From positions 32,001 through 96,000 of IMG/VR virus record IMGVR_UViG_3300048694_000674: a stretch of DNA of 64,000 nucleotides, one strand, 5' to 3'. The DNA comes from a virus. A model generated the notes under the pieces. It had not been told where the DNA came from and made no database searches. It worked only from the letters and a program-made list of their open reading frames with translations. A program made the translations under genes and the position numbers. Positions 27,612-38,053 of the stretch are shown piece by piece (the first letter of the stretch is position 1; every line of letters starts with the position of its first letter).

Positions 27612-30600
27612 ATGCCAATTAAAACTGATCTAAACGTATCACCTTTCTTTGATGATTATAAGGCTAATAGCGAATACTATCGTATTCTGTTTAGACCATC
27701 AGTTCCTGTACAGGCAAGAGAGCTTACTCAAGTTCAATCTATGATGCAGAATCAGATTGAACAATTCGCTTCTAACTTCGCATATAAGAGTGGTGATATT
27801 GTAAAAGACTGCAGTATCGTTGATATTCCTATTATGCCTTATCTTCGTTTAGACGATTTTCAAACAAACGGCGCATCATTCGATGTTTTTTCACTCGTCA
27901 ACACACAGGTTATTAGTGCTAGTTCTAACTTGGCAGCTCGTGTTGTTGTTGCAAATAGTGGTCTAGCTTCAAACTATCCAAATACAAATGTTGTTTATGT
28001 TACATATGGTAGCGTGGGTCAGGCTGTAGGCGCTAATGGCGAACTTATTTTCTCTAATAATGACACATTTACCTTCAGAAAACTGCCATTGACAGGTAAC
28101 GATACGATTGATATCATTGCTGTCGTTAATGCCTATGCAAATGCGACAGCAAACACATATACAACTGGTAATGCGCATGCTATCACAGTAAGCTCTGGTA
28201 TTGTTTATCTGAACGGTCAGTTTGTTACAATCAATAGCCCAATTACTGGGCTCGTTAATAACTTTGGTGTATATGCTGGTAACAACGTTGTTGGCTTCGA
28301 ACTGAATGAATCAATCGTAACAGAAAATCAGGATACATCGCTACTTGATAATGCTCTTGGATATTCAAACGAAAATGCTCCTGGCGCATGGAGATTGAAG
28401 CTCAATGCTTCTATTGCTTCTTATGATCCAGGTTCGGCTCCAAACAATTTCGTTTCGTTTGCCAACTATAACTTCGGCAAGTATGTAGCGAAACAACCTA
28501 TTATCGATGTTAATGCAACCGTTGGGACAGCGATATCAAAAACTCTCTATGAAACATCTGGTAATTATGTTCTAAATCCGTTTACTCTTGACACAGTAAC
28601 AAATACAGGCGACCCAAACAGAGCTCCATCAAATGCTAATACAGTATTGGGTAGAGTGAGCACTGGTGTTGGATATGCTCAGGGTAACAGAATTGAGTTT
28701 TTTGCAACTCAGTATATTAATATGCGTCGTGGTGTTGATACGCTTGTTAAAAAAGAACAACAGATTTCATTTGCCTATGGTGGCTATTATATTCTAACTG
28801 AAGTTGCTGGCGGTTTTGCTTTCGCAAATGCTCAAACTGTCAATCTTTACGATCAACCACAAAAAGCAGTTACAAGCTATAAATTCTCATCATTAACACC
28901 AGCTGGTAATATTATTGGTACTGCTTCTGTAAGATCATTCATACAGGCTAGTGGTACTCCTGGAACAAATACAGCTCAGTATTATCTTCACGTATTCAAC
29001 ATTCAAATGAATAGTGGATATAACACTTCTGATATTAAATCAGTTTATTATGATGGACCTTCATTTAAGGGTGTTGGTGACGTAAAATCAAATGGATTGG
29101 TTGGAACAAATACGAAAGACTTACTCTTTTCATTCGGTTCCAGAGGATTGAAGAATCTAAAAGATTCAGCTAATAACAATAATACTCAATACACATACCG
29201 TACAAGCAAAACATCTACTATGAATTCTAGTGGTGTTGTTGTTATCAATCCAATTGCCACATCACAGCCAGGAGGTACAGATATCCTCCCGTTCGGCAGC
29301 GGTATTACTCTGACAGATACAGAAGCTGCAACAATCGATTTGATTGTCACAGCAAATGCTGATTCTTCTGCGTTATCTGGTACAGTAACAACATACACTG
29401 GTAATACATTAGTTCTTGGTTCTGGTACTTCGTTCACAACCAAGTTTGCTATCGGCGATCAGATTAAGGTACAAAACAGCAGCGCAAACGCTGTCAGAAC
29501 AGTTGTTGGTATCGTAGACAATACACATCTAAATGTTGATGCAGTATTTGGTGACGGCGCTTCTGGCAAAACATTCTACAAGGCGTATATTGCTGGTAAA
29601 ATTATTCCGCTAATTCAAAACCCACAGTATGGACCAGCTGGTAATGTAACAATTGCTGCAGCTAATACTACTGCATTTACAATCAATAGCGGACAGTTCC
29701 CAAGTGGCACAGTTGCTGTCGATGTTGTTTATAACGTATTGAGAACTGTTACATCACCAGCCAAGAAAGAAATTAAAAAGAACAGACTGGTAAAAATTAA
29801 TACTGCGACAAATGCTGGTGGAACAAAAGGACCATGGAGTTTAGGTTTCAGTGACATCCATCAGATCCGCGCTGTATATGGTTCTAACACAGGTTCTTAT
29901 GCTATCAGTGGTGATGGTATTGCTGATATCACATCGAGCTTTGTTTTCGATACAGGTCAGAAAGACACTCATTATGATATCGGTAAGTTATATGTAAAGG
30001 GTGGATATGACTCAACGACATATCCATTGCTGCTTGTTGAGCTTGACTATTTCTCACCAAACACATCAACTGGTTGCGGTTTCTTTACAGTAGAATCATA
30101 TAACATTGACGATGCCAATACGGGTAATACCACAGCTATTCAAACCAAGGATATCCCTCTTTATATTGATGAAAAGGGTAATAAGATTTGGTTGAGAGAT
30201 TATGTTGATTTCAGAACACCTGCAACAAATACTGCTAATAATACTGGCAATATTTCTGTCTATTACGATAACGTATCTCAATCTTGGTTAGCAAACACTT
30301 CTGAGCTAACAACTGCAGTAAGTTATGCTACTGTAAATCCATCAAGCACTCTAGCATTCAACATCCCATCAGGTGGTTTGAATGTTCCTGCTTATGGCGA
30401 AAATTTCCAATCTGATTATACAATTTATCTTGGAAGAAGAGATCTTGTTTATGTATCTCCGCAAAACAATGGCACACTTTATGTCAAGGAAGGCGTTTCC
30501 TCTGAAACTCCACAACAACCATTGTTCCCAGATAACGGTATGGCTCTGAGTGTATTCAATATTCCTCCATATCCTTCATTATCAACAGATCAGATTGACG

Positions 30601-31550
30601 AAGATCAAGCTACAAACAGAACATCTATCAATCTAATTAGAGATACATCTACTGCGATATCAACTAGCTTAGTAACAAATAGACGTTACACAATGCAAGA
30701 CATTGGTAAGCTAGATAATCGTATTACGAATCTTGAATACTACACACAGTTAAGTTTGCTACAACAGAAAGTTAACAATCTAACAATTACTGATTCAAAC
30801 GGTCTAAATCGATTCAAAAACGGTATTTTTGTTGAATCTTTCAATGACTTCCAGAAAAGCGATGTTTCTAATCCAGAATATAAATTTGCTATCGATTTTG
30901 CTAACGCAAAAGGTCGCCCAAGATTCTTTACTGAAACAATTGAATTGGTATATAATGGCGCTGGTTCTGCTAACGTTCAACAGACTGGTAACTTTATCAC
31001 ATTACCATATACAGAAATCAATCTTGTAACTCAGCCATATGCAACAAAATATAGAGCTCCTGCGCATGCTGCAAGAGCATGGTTTGGTCATATCGATTTG
31101 TTCCCATCATATAGCGCTGACGTAGATACTAAGAATACAGCATCTGTAAATATGACTAATGATAATGCAAAACCATATCAAGACTTTGCTCAAACACCAT
31201 TTGCAACAACATATGGCACACCAAGAACCACAACATCAACAACTTCTAGTACAGTTACAACAGGTTCAGTTGAAAATATCACTCAGACAAAAACAGTTGA
31301 TAGATATATTGATAGCACAGTTGTTGTTCCAGGAACTACACAAACTCAAAATATATACATAAGTCTTCCTGGAGGAGGCACAGGTGTAGATTATCAAGCT
31401 ACTTTCAATAGTTGGATTAATGGAGATGTTGCTGTTCCTTTACAATATGTACAGGGTGGATTGCCAAATCAGGGGTTTGGACCAGGAGCTGTAATTGGTA
31501 ATGTGACTGTTAATGAACCAACTCGTATAGTTGAAGACGGATTAAATTGA
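27612..31550 (+). CDS. Large virion structural protein, VrlC/DUF4815-like N-terminal part
   Basis: LNVSP.FDD....YRILFRP..PVQARELTQ.Q, APGA.RLK, FD.GQ.D..YD, YTM.DIGKL..RI..LEYY, NRFKNG.FV..F motifs. Confidence 0.85.
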   Translation: MPIKTDLNVSPFFDDYKANSEYYRILFRPSVPVQARELTQVQSMMQNQIEQFASNFAYKSGDIVKDCSIVDIPIMPYLRLDDFQTNGASFDVFSLVNTQVISASSNLAARVVVANSGLASNYPNTNVVYVTYGSVGQAVGANGELIFSNNDTFTFRKLPLTGNDTIDIIAVVNAYANATANTYTTGNAHAITVSSGIVYLNGQFVTINSPITGLVNNFGVYAGNNVVGFELNESIVTENQDTSLLDNALGYSNENAPGAWRLKLNASIASYDPGSAPNNFVSFANYNFGKYVAKQPIIDVNATVGTAISKTLYETSGNYVLNPFTLDTVTNTGDPNRAPSNANTVLGRVSTGVGYAQGNRIEFFATQYINMRRGVDTLVKKEQQISFAYGGYYILTEVAGGFAFANAQTVNLYDQPQKAVTSYKFSSLTPAGNIIGTASVRSFIQASGTPGTNTAQYYLHVFNIQMNSGYNTSDIKSVYYDGPSFKGVGDVKSNGLVGTNTKDLLFSFGSRGLKNLKDSANNNNTQYTYRTSKTSTMNSSGVVVINPIATSQPGGTDILPFGSGITLTDTEAATIDLIVTANADSSALSGTVTTYTGNTLVLGSGTSFTTKFAIGDQIKVQNSSANAVRTVVGIVDNTHLNVDAVFGDGASGKTFYKAYIAGKIIPLIQNPQYGPAGNVTIAAANTTAFTINSGQFPSGTVAVDVVYNVLRTVTSPAKKEIKKNRLVKINTATNAGGTKGPWSLGFSDIHQIRAVYGSNTGSYAISGDGIADITSSFVFDTGQKDTHYDIGKLYVKGGYDSTTYPLLLVELDYFSPNTSTGCGFFTVESYNIDDANTGNTTAIQTKDIPLYIDEKGNKIWLRDYVDFRTPATNTANNTGNISVYYDNVSQSWLANTSELTTAVSYATVNPSSTLAFNIPSGGLNVPAYGENFQSDYTIYLGRRDLVYVSPQNNGTLYVKEGVSSETPQQPLFPDNGMALSVFNIPPYPSLSTDQIDEDQATNRTSINLIRDTSTAISTSLVTNRRYTMQDIGKLDNRITNLEYYTQLSLLQQKVNNLTITDSNGLNRFKNGIFVESFNDFQKSDVSNPEYKFAIDFANAKGRPRFFTETIELVYNGAGSANVQQTGNFITLPYTEINLVTQPYATKYRAPAHAARAWFGHIDLFPSYSADVDTKNTASVNMTNDNAKPYQDFAQTPFATTYGTPRTTTSTTSSTVTTGSVENITQTKTVDRYIDSTVVVPGTTQTQNIYISLPGGGTGVDYQATFNSWINGDVAVPLQYVQGGLPNQGFGPGAVIGNVTVNEPTRIVEDGLN

Positions 31551-31566
31551 TTTTAGGAGAAATACT

Positions 31567-34344
31567 TTGGCTGAGTTAAATACTACAACTACTACTCAAA
31601 CTTCTACAACAGCGCAAGATGTTACTAATTTAGTAGTTAGTACACAAACCAGCACACAAACTGTTGGCAATTATGTAACAGATGTATCAATAAATCCATA
31701 CATCAAGTCTCAAACCATTTATTTTTCTGCATACAATCTACGTCCAGGGCAAACGATCCATGCGTTTTTTGACAAAGTTTTAGTTGATCAATATTGCGCT
31801 CCAGGCGATCCTAGCAACCCATCAGTAGATAGTAATGGTTTAAAAACATTTCCTCTAACAGCAGCATTTGGTTCTCCTCTTGTTGTTGACAGTAAAGGAC
31901 GTCTTGCTGGCGCTTTCACAATTCCTGAAGGAATGTTCAAAACAGGAGATAGAACATTCGAATTAGCTGATGCTGATAATCTAGCAGCAGCTGCAGACGC
32001 AATTTCAACTAAGGCGTTTTCAACATTCACTGGATCTCATCTTACGGTAACAAAACAGGCTGTTACTCTCACAACAATAAATCCAGTAATCTCAACATCA
32101 ACATCTACAATCACTTCAAGTAGCACACAATCATTCGTAAACACACAAACAATACCAGATAATGTTATAACACAAACAATTTATAACGATATTGCTAATA
32201 CTACAACAATACAAAATCCTTCAAGTACAGTATATAACTTTATTGTTCAACAAACTTCTGACACTAATGGTCCAGAAAACAACAGTGGAGCTGCGGACGA
32301 TCCAATCGCTCAGTTTTTCAGAGTAAACACTGGCGAAAGTTCATCAGGTGTATTTGCTACATCTCTGGAAATATATTTCAAACAGAAGCCAGCTACAAAC
32401 ATTAATGGTGTTACTGTTTATATTTGCGAACTTAACAATGGATATCCTGATAGCAGTAAAATTCTTCCTTATTCAATAAAACATCTTACATGGGATAATA
32501 TTGTTGTAACTACTGATTCAACAACATCAACTAAGTTTACATTCGATTGTCCAATATTCATGAACAACAACAAAGAATACGCTTTTGTTGTGAAGCCAGA
32601 CAACAATGATGTCGATTACTGGGTATATTCTGCAGAGCTTGGTGAAGTTGATCCATATCAAAATATTCAAGTATCAAGTATACCAGTTGTTGGTACTGCA
32701 TTCTATAGCGCAACAGAAAAAGCTTGGACAGCTCTACAAACAGAATATATTAAGTTCAAATTAAATGTTGCTCTGTTCGCAACATCTGATACAGGAACAG
32801 CGTATTTCAATAATGATGATAAAGATTATCTTACGGTATATAACGTTGGTAGAACAGCTGCTAAAGATATAACTCCAGGAGATTATGTTTTCCAAGCATC
32901 AAATTCAACTCCATCAACAGCAAACACCAAAATATTTGGTGTACTGAAATCATATGATGATGTTAATGGAATTATGTATGTACTGAATACTTCTGGAAAT
33001 AATTATACTTCAAATACTTATCTTCAAGTACATAGATTTGCTAACTCTTCTGTTACAATCAACGGAACAAATGTTAATACAAGTACAATTATTGCTTGGG
33101 CAAATACAGGAAGCTTCCATACTCCTGTGATTGATGCAGCTCAAATTCGTTTTGCTCCTATGACTCCAGGTGGTACAAACATCACTTATGGTTATCAGGG
33201 TACAAGCAATGCATATGTAACTGAATCAGGATATAATAACGTTGTACAGGGATACGAAAGAGAATTCAGAGATCAGGAAAGAATCGTTGCAAGTTATTCT
33301 GACCCATCTGCTCCAGCTAACTATAGTGCACAAATTAAAGCAGATTTGTCGACAATATCTGTATATACATCTCCTGTTATTGACTTGACATCATCAAATA
33401 TGTTCACATACAAGAACTTGGTTGATCCAGTTGCGTTCAATTATGGTGAATATCTTAACAATGGTAATTCATCAACGAAGTATGTTTCTCAGGTAATTAC
33501 ACTCGCTCCAGGTCAGGATGCTCAGGATCTTCAGGTTATTGTTACTGGTAGTCGTCCTGTTGGAACTGATATCAAAGTTTATGCTAAATTCCTTAATGCT
33601 CAAGATGGCGAAACTATCATTGATAAGTCTTGGTCGCCATTGTATAATTCAGGTTATGACACCTATACAGATCCAGCAAATATTGGAGATGTGAAGGAAT
33701 ATACATTCAAAACATTCCCATACTATGGATTGGTCAAAACATCTGGCACTATTTCTACCAGCGGTACAACTGTAACTGGTGTAGGTACAGCATTTGATAC
33801 AGAGCTCGCTGTTGGTTGGTATATCAATATGGCAGCTACTGCTACACAGCAGGAAACATCAAGAAAAGTTGTTGCTATTGCTAATAGCACTTCATTGACT
33901 CTTGATAGTGCATTTACCTATAGTTATTCTGGGCAACCATACTATCTTGTTCCACCACCAACCACAGCTTATAGATCTAAGTACAGTAATACTGCTCTTG
34001 CTGGAACTGTTTCTACATATACTACAAATAATAGTATTATTGGTAACGGGACTAACTTTACTGGCGATTTCCGCGCAGGTAGTATCATTTACGTAAATGG
34101 AGACAGCCAAGTTATAACTTCTATTGCTAACTCTACTTTATTGTATGTTGGTAAACCGTGGACAGCAAATAATAGTAGCAATGTTTATAGCATTCAGACG
34201 CTTGCTGGTATGACATATCTGAATAACAACAACAATCTTTATACGAACTACAAGCAGTTCCAGCTAAAGGTTATCCTCCAATCTAATGATAGCTCGAAAG
34301 TTCCAATTCTACAGGATGTTTCGGCAGTGGCTCTACAGCTGTAA
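31567..34344 (+). CDS. Large virion structural protein, DUF4815-like C-terminal part
   Basis: DPIAQ.F, G.F.TS...YF, T.F.F..P, SP.IDL, F.QFQ.K....S.....P motifs; own AGGAG RBS and TTG start. Confidence 0.82.
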   Translation: MAELNTTTTTQTSTTAQDVTNLVVSTQTSTQTVGNYVTDVSINPYIKSQTIYFSAYNLRPGQTIHAFFDKVLVDQYCAPGDPSNPSVDSNGLKTFPLTAAFGSPLVVDSKGRLAGAFTIPEGMFKTGDRTFELADADNLAAAADAISTKAFSTFTGSHLTVTKQAVTLTTINPVISTSTSTITSSSTQSFVNTQTIPDNVITQTIYNDIANTTTIQNPSSTVYNFIVQQTSDTNGPENNSGAADDPIAQFFRVNTGESSSGVFATSLEIYFKQKPATNINGVTVYICELNNGYPDSSKILPYSIKHLTWDNIVVTTDSTTSTKFTFDCPIFMNNNKEYAFVVKPDNNDVDYWVYSAELGEVDPYQNIQVSSIPVVGTAFYSATEKAWTALQTEYIKFKLNVALFATSDTGTAYFNNDDKDYLTVYNVGRTAAKDITPGDYVFQASNSTPSTANTKIFGVLKSYDDVNGIMYVLNTSGNNYTSNTYLQVHRFANSSVTINGTNVNTSTIIAWANTGSFHTPVIDAAQIRFAPMTPGGTNITYGYQGTSNAYVTESGYNNVVQGYEREFRDQERIVASYSDPSAPANYSAQIKADLSTISVYTSPVIDLTSSNMFTYKNLVDPVAFNYGEYLNNGNSSTKYVSQVITLAPGQDAQDLQVIVTGSRPVGTDIKVYAKFLNAQDGETIIDKSWSPLYNSGYDTYTDPANIGDVKEYTFKTFPYYGLVKTSGTISTSGTTVTGVGTAFDTELAVGWYINMAATATQQETSRKVVAIANSTSLTLDSAFTYSYSGQPYYLVPPPTTAYRSKYSNTALAGTVSTYTTNNSIIGNGTNFTGDFRAGSIIYVNGDSQVITSIANSTLLYVGKPWTANNSSNVYSIQTLAGMTYLNNNNNLYTNYKQFQLKVILQSNDSSKVPILQDVSAVALQL

Positions 34345-34345
34345 T

Positions 34346-34570
34346 ATGATGAATAAATATAGAAGAACAAATGTTGAAGGTCTAGTAGAGGATCCAGTTT
34401 CTGGCGCAATATTGAATATAAACAATGGTGCGCTAGAAGCATACAAACGCCAAAAAGCTGTTTTGGAGAATTCCAAAGAATCTCAGAAACGGATTGATAA
34501 AATAGAAGACGATATTGATGATATCAAACAAATGTTGCAACAGCTGTTGATGAAGAGACAAGAAGAATGA
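34346..34570 (+). CDS. Conserved small coiled-coil protein
   Basis: GLV.D..SGAI.N then a coiled coil ending IK.ML..LL; ATG 34346 preferred. Confidence 0.8.
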   Translation: MMNKYRRTNVEGLVEDPVSGAILNINNGALEAYKRQKAVLENSKESQKRIDKIEDDIDDIKQMLQQLLMKRQEE

Positions 34571-35280
34571 CAATTTTAATACAAAATACTTCGGTAACAA
34601 ACACCTTTGATTTCTGGCGCAATCGTACAAACGAAATAGCGACAGCAATGTCAAACTCTGTTGTTACTGTCAATTCAAATACAGCTACGGGTAATGCGGC
34701 TATTTCAGGAACGTTTACAGCTAACAATCTAGCTCTTGGAACTGGTGCTGCTTATGTTATGATCGGTAATACTACGGTCAATGCATATATGAATACATCA
34801 TCGGTGTTTCTAGGTAATAGTACAGCAAACATTGTATTAACAACAACAGCATTGACGATCTCTACCAATTCTACTGCAAATATTATATTATCAACACCGA
34901 CGTATACACAGTACTCAAACGGTCAGTATTATCTTAATGCCAACGGTAACTGGGCAGTTATTGCTCCTTCTGGAACAGGCACTCAGACAATTCAAACAAC
35001 TGGAACTAGTGCTGCTGACTTAGATAACTTCTCTCCTAATACATACAATGTTGCGGAGTATATTGTTTCAGTAAAAGATAACAATGCAAACAACTACTTT
35101 ACTGGTAAGTTTATTGTGGCGCATGATTCTGGAACTGCATATATTACTCAATATGCTACATTTACTTCGAACTCAACTATTGGTACATTTGCGTCAACTA
35201 TTGCTAGCGGAAACGTCTATTTCAGATTCACACCAACGTCATCTAATACCACAGTCAAATATTTTAGGTCAATCGTATAA
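34567..35280 (+). CDS. Virion fibre/structural protein
   Basis: TF..WR..TNE N-terminus; C-terminal D.F......AEY.V...H.G..AY...Y beta domain. Confidence 0.75.
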   Translation: MTILIQNTSVTNTFDFWRNRTNEIATAMSNSVVTVNSNTATGNAAISGTFTANNLALGTGAAYVMIGNTTVNAYMNTSSVFLGNSTANIVLTTTALTISTNSTANIILSTPTYTQYSNGQYYLNANGNWAVIAPSGTGTQTIQTTGTSAADLDNFSPNTYNVAEYIVSVKDNNANNYFTGKFIVAHDSGTAYITQYATFTSNSTIGTFASTIASGNVYFRFTPTSSNTTVKYFRSIV

Positions 35281-35921
35281 TGGCAACAAAGGCTAACATA
35301 AACATTGATCAGGGAACTTCTTTTACAACCTACATTACTCTTACGGACGATGCAGGTAACGCACTAGATTTGTCTGCATATAGAGCTGAATCACAAATTC
35401 GTCGTTGGTATAATTCGATCAATTGTTTTAGCTTTGATACTTCGCTTTCATTAGGGCAGATTGCCCTTTCGATGAATGCCGAAACAACTGCCAAGCTTAC
35501 ACAACAGCGCTACCTTTATGACGTTGTTCTTTTCGATGGCAGCAATACTTCTACTCGTGTTGTAGAAGGTATGATTACCGTAAACTTTGGTATTACAAAA
35601 CCAGTAAACACTACCTATTATTATGGTATTCTAGTCGGCAACGTACAGGGAACTATTTGTACAGGTGATACTGTTTATCAGTCTAATGGCTCAGCTAACG
35701 TTACTGGTATTGTTTATGACATTGAAGGACCGCTGCTTGGCTATGGTTCGAACAATGCAGCGAATACAACAAATAGAGTAACAAGTAATACAGTTCTTAT
35801 TAAGATCTCTGATGCGTCAGGTTCATTCTCAACTACTGCAGATAGCGGTTATATTATAACAAGTTCGAATACAAACGCTAATGGTAATGTCCTATCGATT
35901 ACACAGTATGTAACGAGGTAA
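35280..35921 (+). CDS. Virion structural protein
   Basis: AN..IDQG..F...DL..Y....QIR...RY.YDV...RVVEG...V motif, common in T4-like structural modules. Confidence 0.78.
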   Translation: MATKANINIDQGTSFTTYITLTDDAGNALDLSAYRAESQIRRWYNSINCFSFDTSLSLGQIALSMNAETTAKLTQQRYLYDVVLFDGSNTSTRVVEGMITVNFGITKPVNTTYYYGILVGNVQGTICTGDTVYQSNGSANVTGIVYDIEGPLLGYGSNNAANTTNRVTSNTVLIKISDASGSFSTTADSGYIITSSNTNANGNVLSITQYVTR

Positions 35922-35927
35922 ACGGTT

Positions 35928-36188
35928 ATGGCTATAAATGCAGTCATAAAAAGACCGAACCTGATTATAGCGAATACTGCTCCGCTTACAACAACTCAGT
36001 CTAACCCAGCGATAGAGCTAAAAAACAATTCTTCTGGTGTAAGCCAGAATTATCTCTCACATCTACTTGATGTTACAATAGACCATCCAACTGATGGCCA
36101 GGTCTTAACTTACAATGCGAATACTGGCAAATATGATTTAGCTTCAGTGCAAATCGGTGAAGCCAGCCTTGATGGTGGAAGTTTCTAG
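35928..36188 (+). CDS. Small fibre-associated protein
   Basis: L..L.DV.....DGQVL.YN...GK and C-terminal LDGGSF motif. Confidence 0.72.
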   Translation: MAINAVIKRPNLIIANTAPLTTTQSNPAIELKNNSSGVSQNYLSHLLDVTIDHPTDGQVLTYNANTGKYDLASVQIGEASLDGGSF

Positions 36189-36190
36189 TA

Positions 36191-36198
36191 TATAAATA
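36191..36198 (+). promoter_or_regulatory. Late promoter TATAAATA
   Basis: Exact consensus in the intergenic gap before 36230. Confidence 0.8.
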
Positions 36199-36229
36199 AA
36201 TATAAAGAATAATAACAAGGATTCCAGCC

Positions 36230-37810
36230 ATGGCAAACAAAATTCAGATTAAAAGAAGTGCTACTACAGAAACACCTACCTCGCTAAATGCGGGCGAACT
36301 TGCGTTTTCTAACGTAGTTGGTGGTTCTGGTGTACTGTTTATTGGCTCGACCGATGGTGGAACTGTTGTTCCTATCGGTGGTGTAAGAAATCCTGGCGTA
36401 CTTACTGCTAACCAAGCATTGGTTGCTAATACGACTTCTGGTATCGACAAGATTATTACTGCTAATTTAGCTGTAACAAGCGTTTGGGCTAATGGTTCAT
36501 CTGGTTCTGTCGGCAATTTACTTTATTCTAATGGTTCTGGTGTTTTCTGGGCGGCTCCAGCCCCATCAGTATCAGGTTCAAATACACAAATTCAGTTTAA
36601 TGATTCTGGTTATTCTAACGCTGTTTCTGCATTTACATTTGATAAAACTATAAACAAGCTTTCAGTAGCAAATATTGATACTACGACAATTTATTTTGGT
36701 TTATCAGGTAGCATTGATTATGCAAACTATACTGGTACAGCTTATAATGCTAATAATGCAACCAATTTTGATGGATCTAATTCTACAACATGGCAAGGTT
36801 ATATTACCAGCAATGCAGCTGCAGCGTATACAAATGCTACTTCATATGCTGACACTGTAGCAGGAACTGCTTACTCAAATGCTACCAGCTACGCAGATAC
36901 AAAAGCAGGTACAGCATACTCTAACGCTACGTCGTATGCAGACACTGTGGCTGGCACAGCCTATTCTAATGCTACTTCATATGCTGATGCGAAAGCAGCA
37001 AACGCTTACTCGAATGCAATGTCAGATACGCTATCTCGTAATGGTAGCTATACAGGCAATAACACATTCGGTGGAACAAATACTGTATTCAATTCGAATG
37101 TTGTATTCGGCGGTAGTATTACTAGCTCTATTACACCAGCTGCCAATGTTACATACAATATTGGTACGAACTCAATGCGTTGGAATGAAATCCACGCTTC
37201 TAATGTCCATTCTGTAACTGGTTACTTCGATGGCAACGTTGAAGTTGCTGGCGATCTTATCGTTTCTGGTAACGTTACAACAACAAACGTAAATTCTGTT
37301 ATCATATCTGATCCTTTAATCTATCTCGCTGGTAATAACTACTATGCTGACTTGGTAGATATTGGTTTTGTCGGTAACTACTATGATGGCGCCAATCAAC
37401 GTCATACTGGTGTGTTCCGTCATGCTTCAACAGATGAATACTATGTATTCCATAATCTGACACAGGAACTTTCAGGTAACACTGTTGTTGACATCAACGA
37501 TAGTTCATTCCAGCTTTCTACTTTGAACACCTATCTAAAATCTGGTGGTCTAGTATCCAACAGTTCGAACGTTCAAATTACCGCTAACAGCACAGTTGGC
37601 GTTAATATTACTGGTAATACATTGACATTATCTACTCCTCTTGCAGGAACATCTGGTGGTACTGGATTAAATACATATACTGCAGAAGATATTCTTGTTG
37701 CTAATGCAACCAATGGATTCCGTAAGCTTAATGTTGGAACAGAAGGTTATGTCCTTCAAGTTTCATCAGGTGTTGTTGCTTGGAACTCATTAGATGGTGG
37801 TACGTTCTAA
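36230..37810 (+). CDS. Tail fibre protein with Mtd-N-like N-terminus
   Basis: IQIKRS....P..L..GELA N-terminus; 15-aa tandem repeats; ends LDGGTF. Confidence 0.82.
   Translation: MANKIQIKRSATTETPTSLNAGELAFSNVVGGSGVLFIGSTDGGTVVPIGGVRNPGVLTANQALVANTTSGIDKIITANLAVTSVWANGSSGSVGNLLYSNGSGVFWAAPAPSVSGSNTQIQFNDSGYSNAVSAFTFDKTINKLSVANIDTTTIYFGLSGSIDYANYTGTAYNANNATNFDGSNSTTWQGYITSNAAAAYTNATSYADTVAGTAYSNATSYADTKAGTAYSNATSYADTVAGTAYSNATSYADAKAANAYSNAMSDTLSRNGSYTGNNTFGGTNTVFNSNVVFGGSITSSITPAANVTYNIGTNSMRWNEIHASNVHSVTGYFDGNVEVAGDLIVSGNVTTTNVNSVIISDPLIYLAGNNYYADLVDIGFVGNYYDGANQRHTGVFRHASTDEYYVFHNLTQELSGNTVVDINDSSFQLSTLNTYLKSGGLVSNSSNVQITANSTVGVNITGNTLTLSTPLAGTSGGTGLNTYTAEDILVANATNGFRKLNVGTEGYVLQVSSGVVAWNSLDGGTF
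36820..37020 (+). repeat. Four ~45-bp coding tandem repeats (AYSNATSYADT[V/K]AGT)
   Basis: Visible in the translation; synonymous codons differ between copies. Confidence 0.85.
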
Positions 37811-37823
37811 AAGGAAAAATATT

Positions 37824-38021
37824 ATGGATGTTGAATTTGTTAATGCTTATATTGAAAAGCTTTTAAATGAAGTGATGGAATTAACTAAGACAAAAATGTT
37901 ATTGGAAACACAGTTAGTCATTGCTTCTAAAACAGTGACTAGCTTGAAGTCTGAAAACGAGAAGTTACAAAACTCACTAAATAAAAAGTCTTCTAAAACT
38001 AAAGAAGAAAACAGTTTCTAA
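37824..38021 (+). CDS. Small coiled-coil protein
   Basis: AAGGA RBS, ATG 37824, heptad pattern. Confidence 0.75.
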   Translation: MDVEFVNAYIEKLLNEVMELTKTKMLLETQLVIASKTVTSLKSENEKLQNSLNKKSSKTKEENSF

Positions 38022-38053
38022 ACCTCGGTATATACCGATTATGAGGATGCCAT

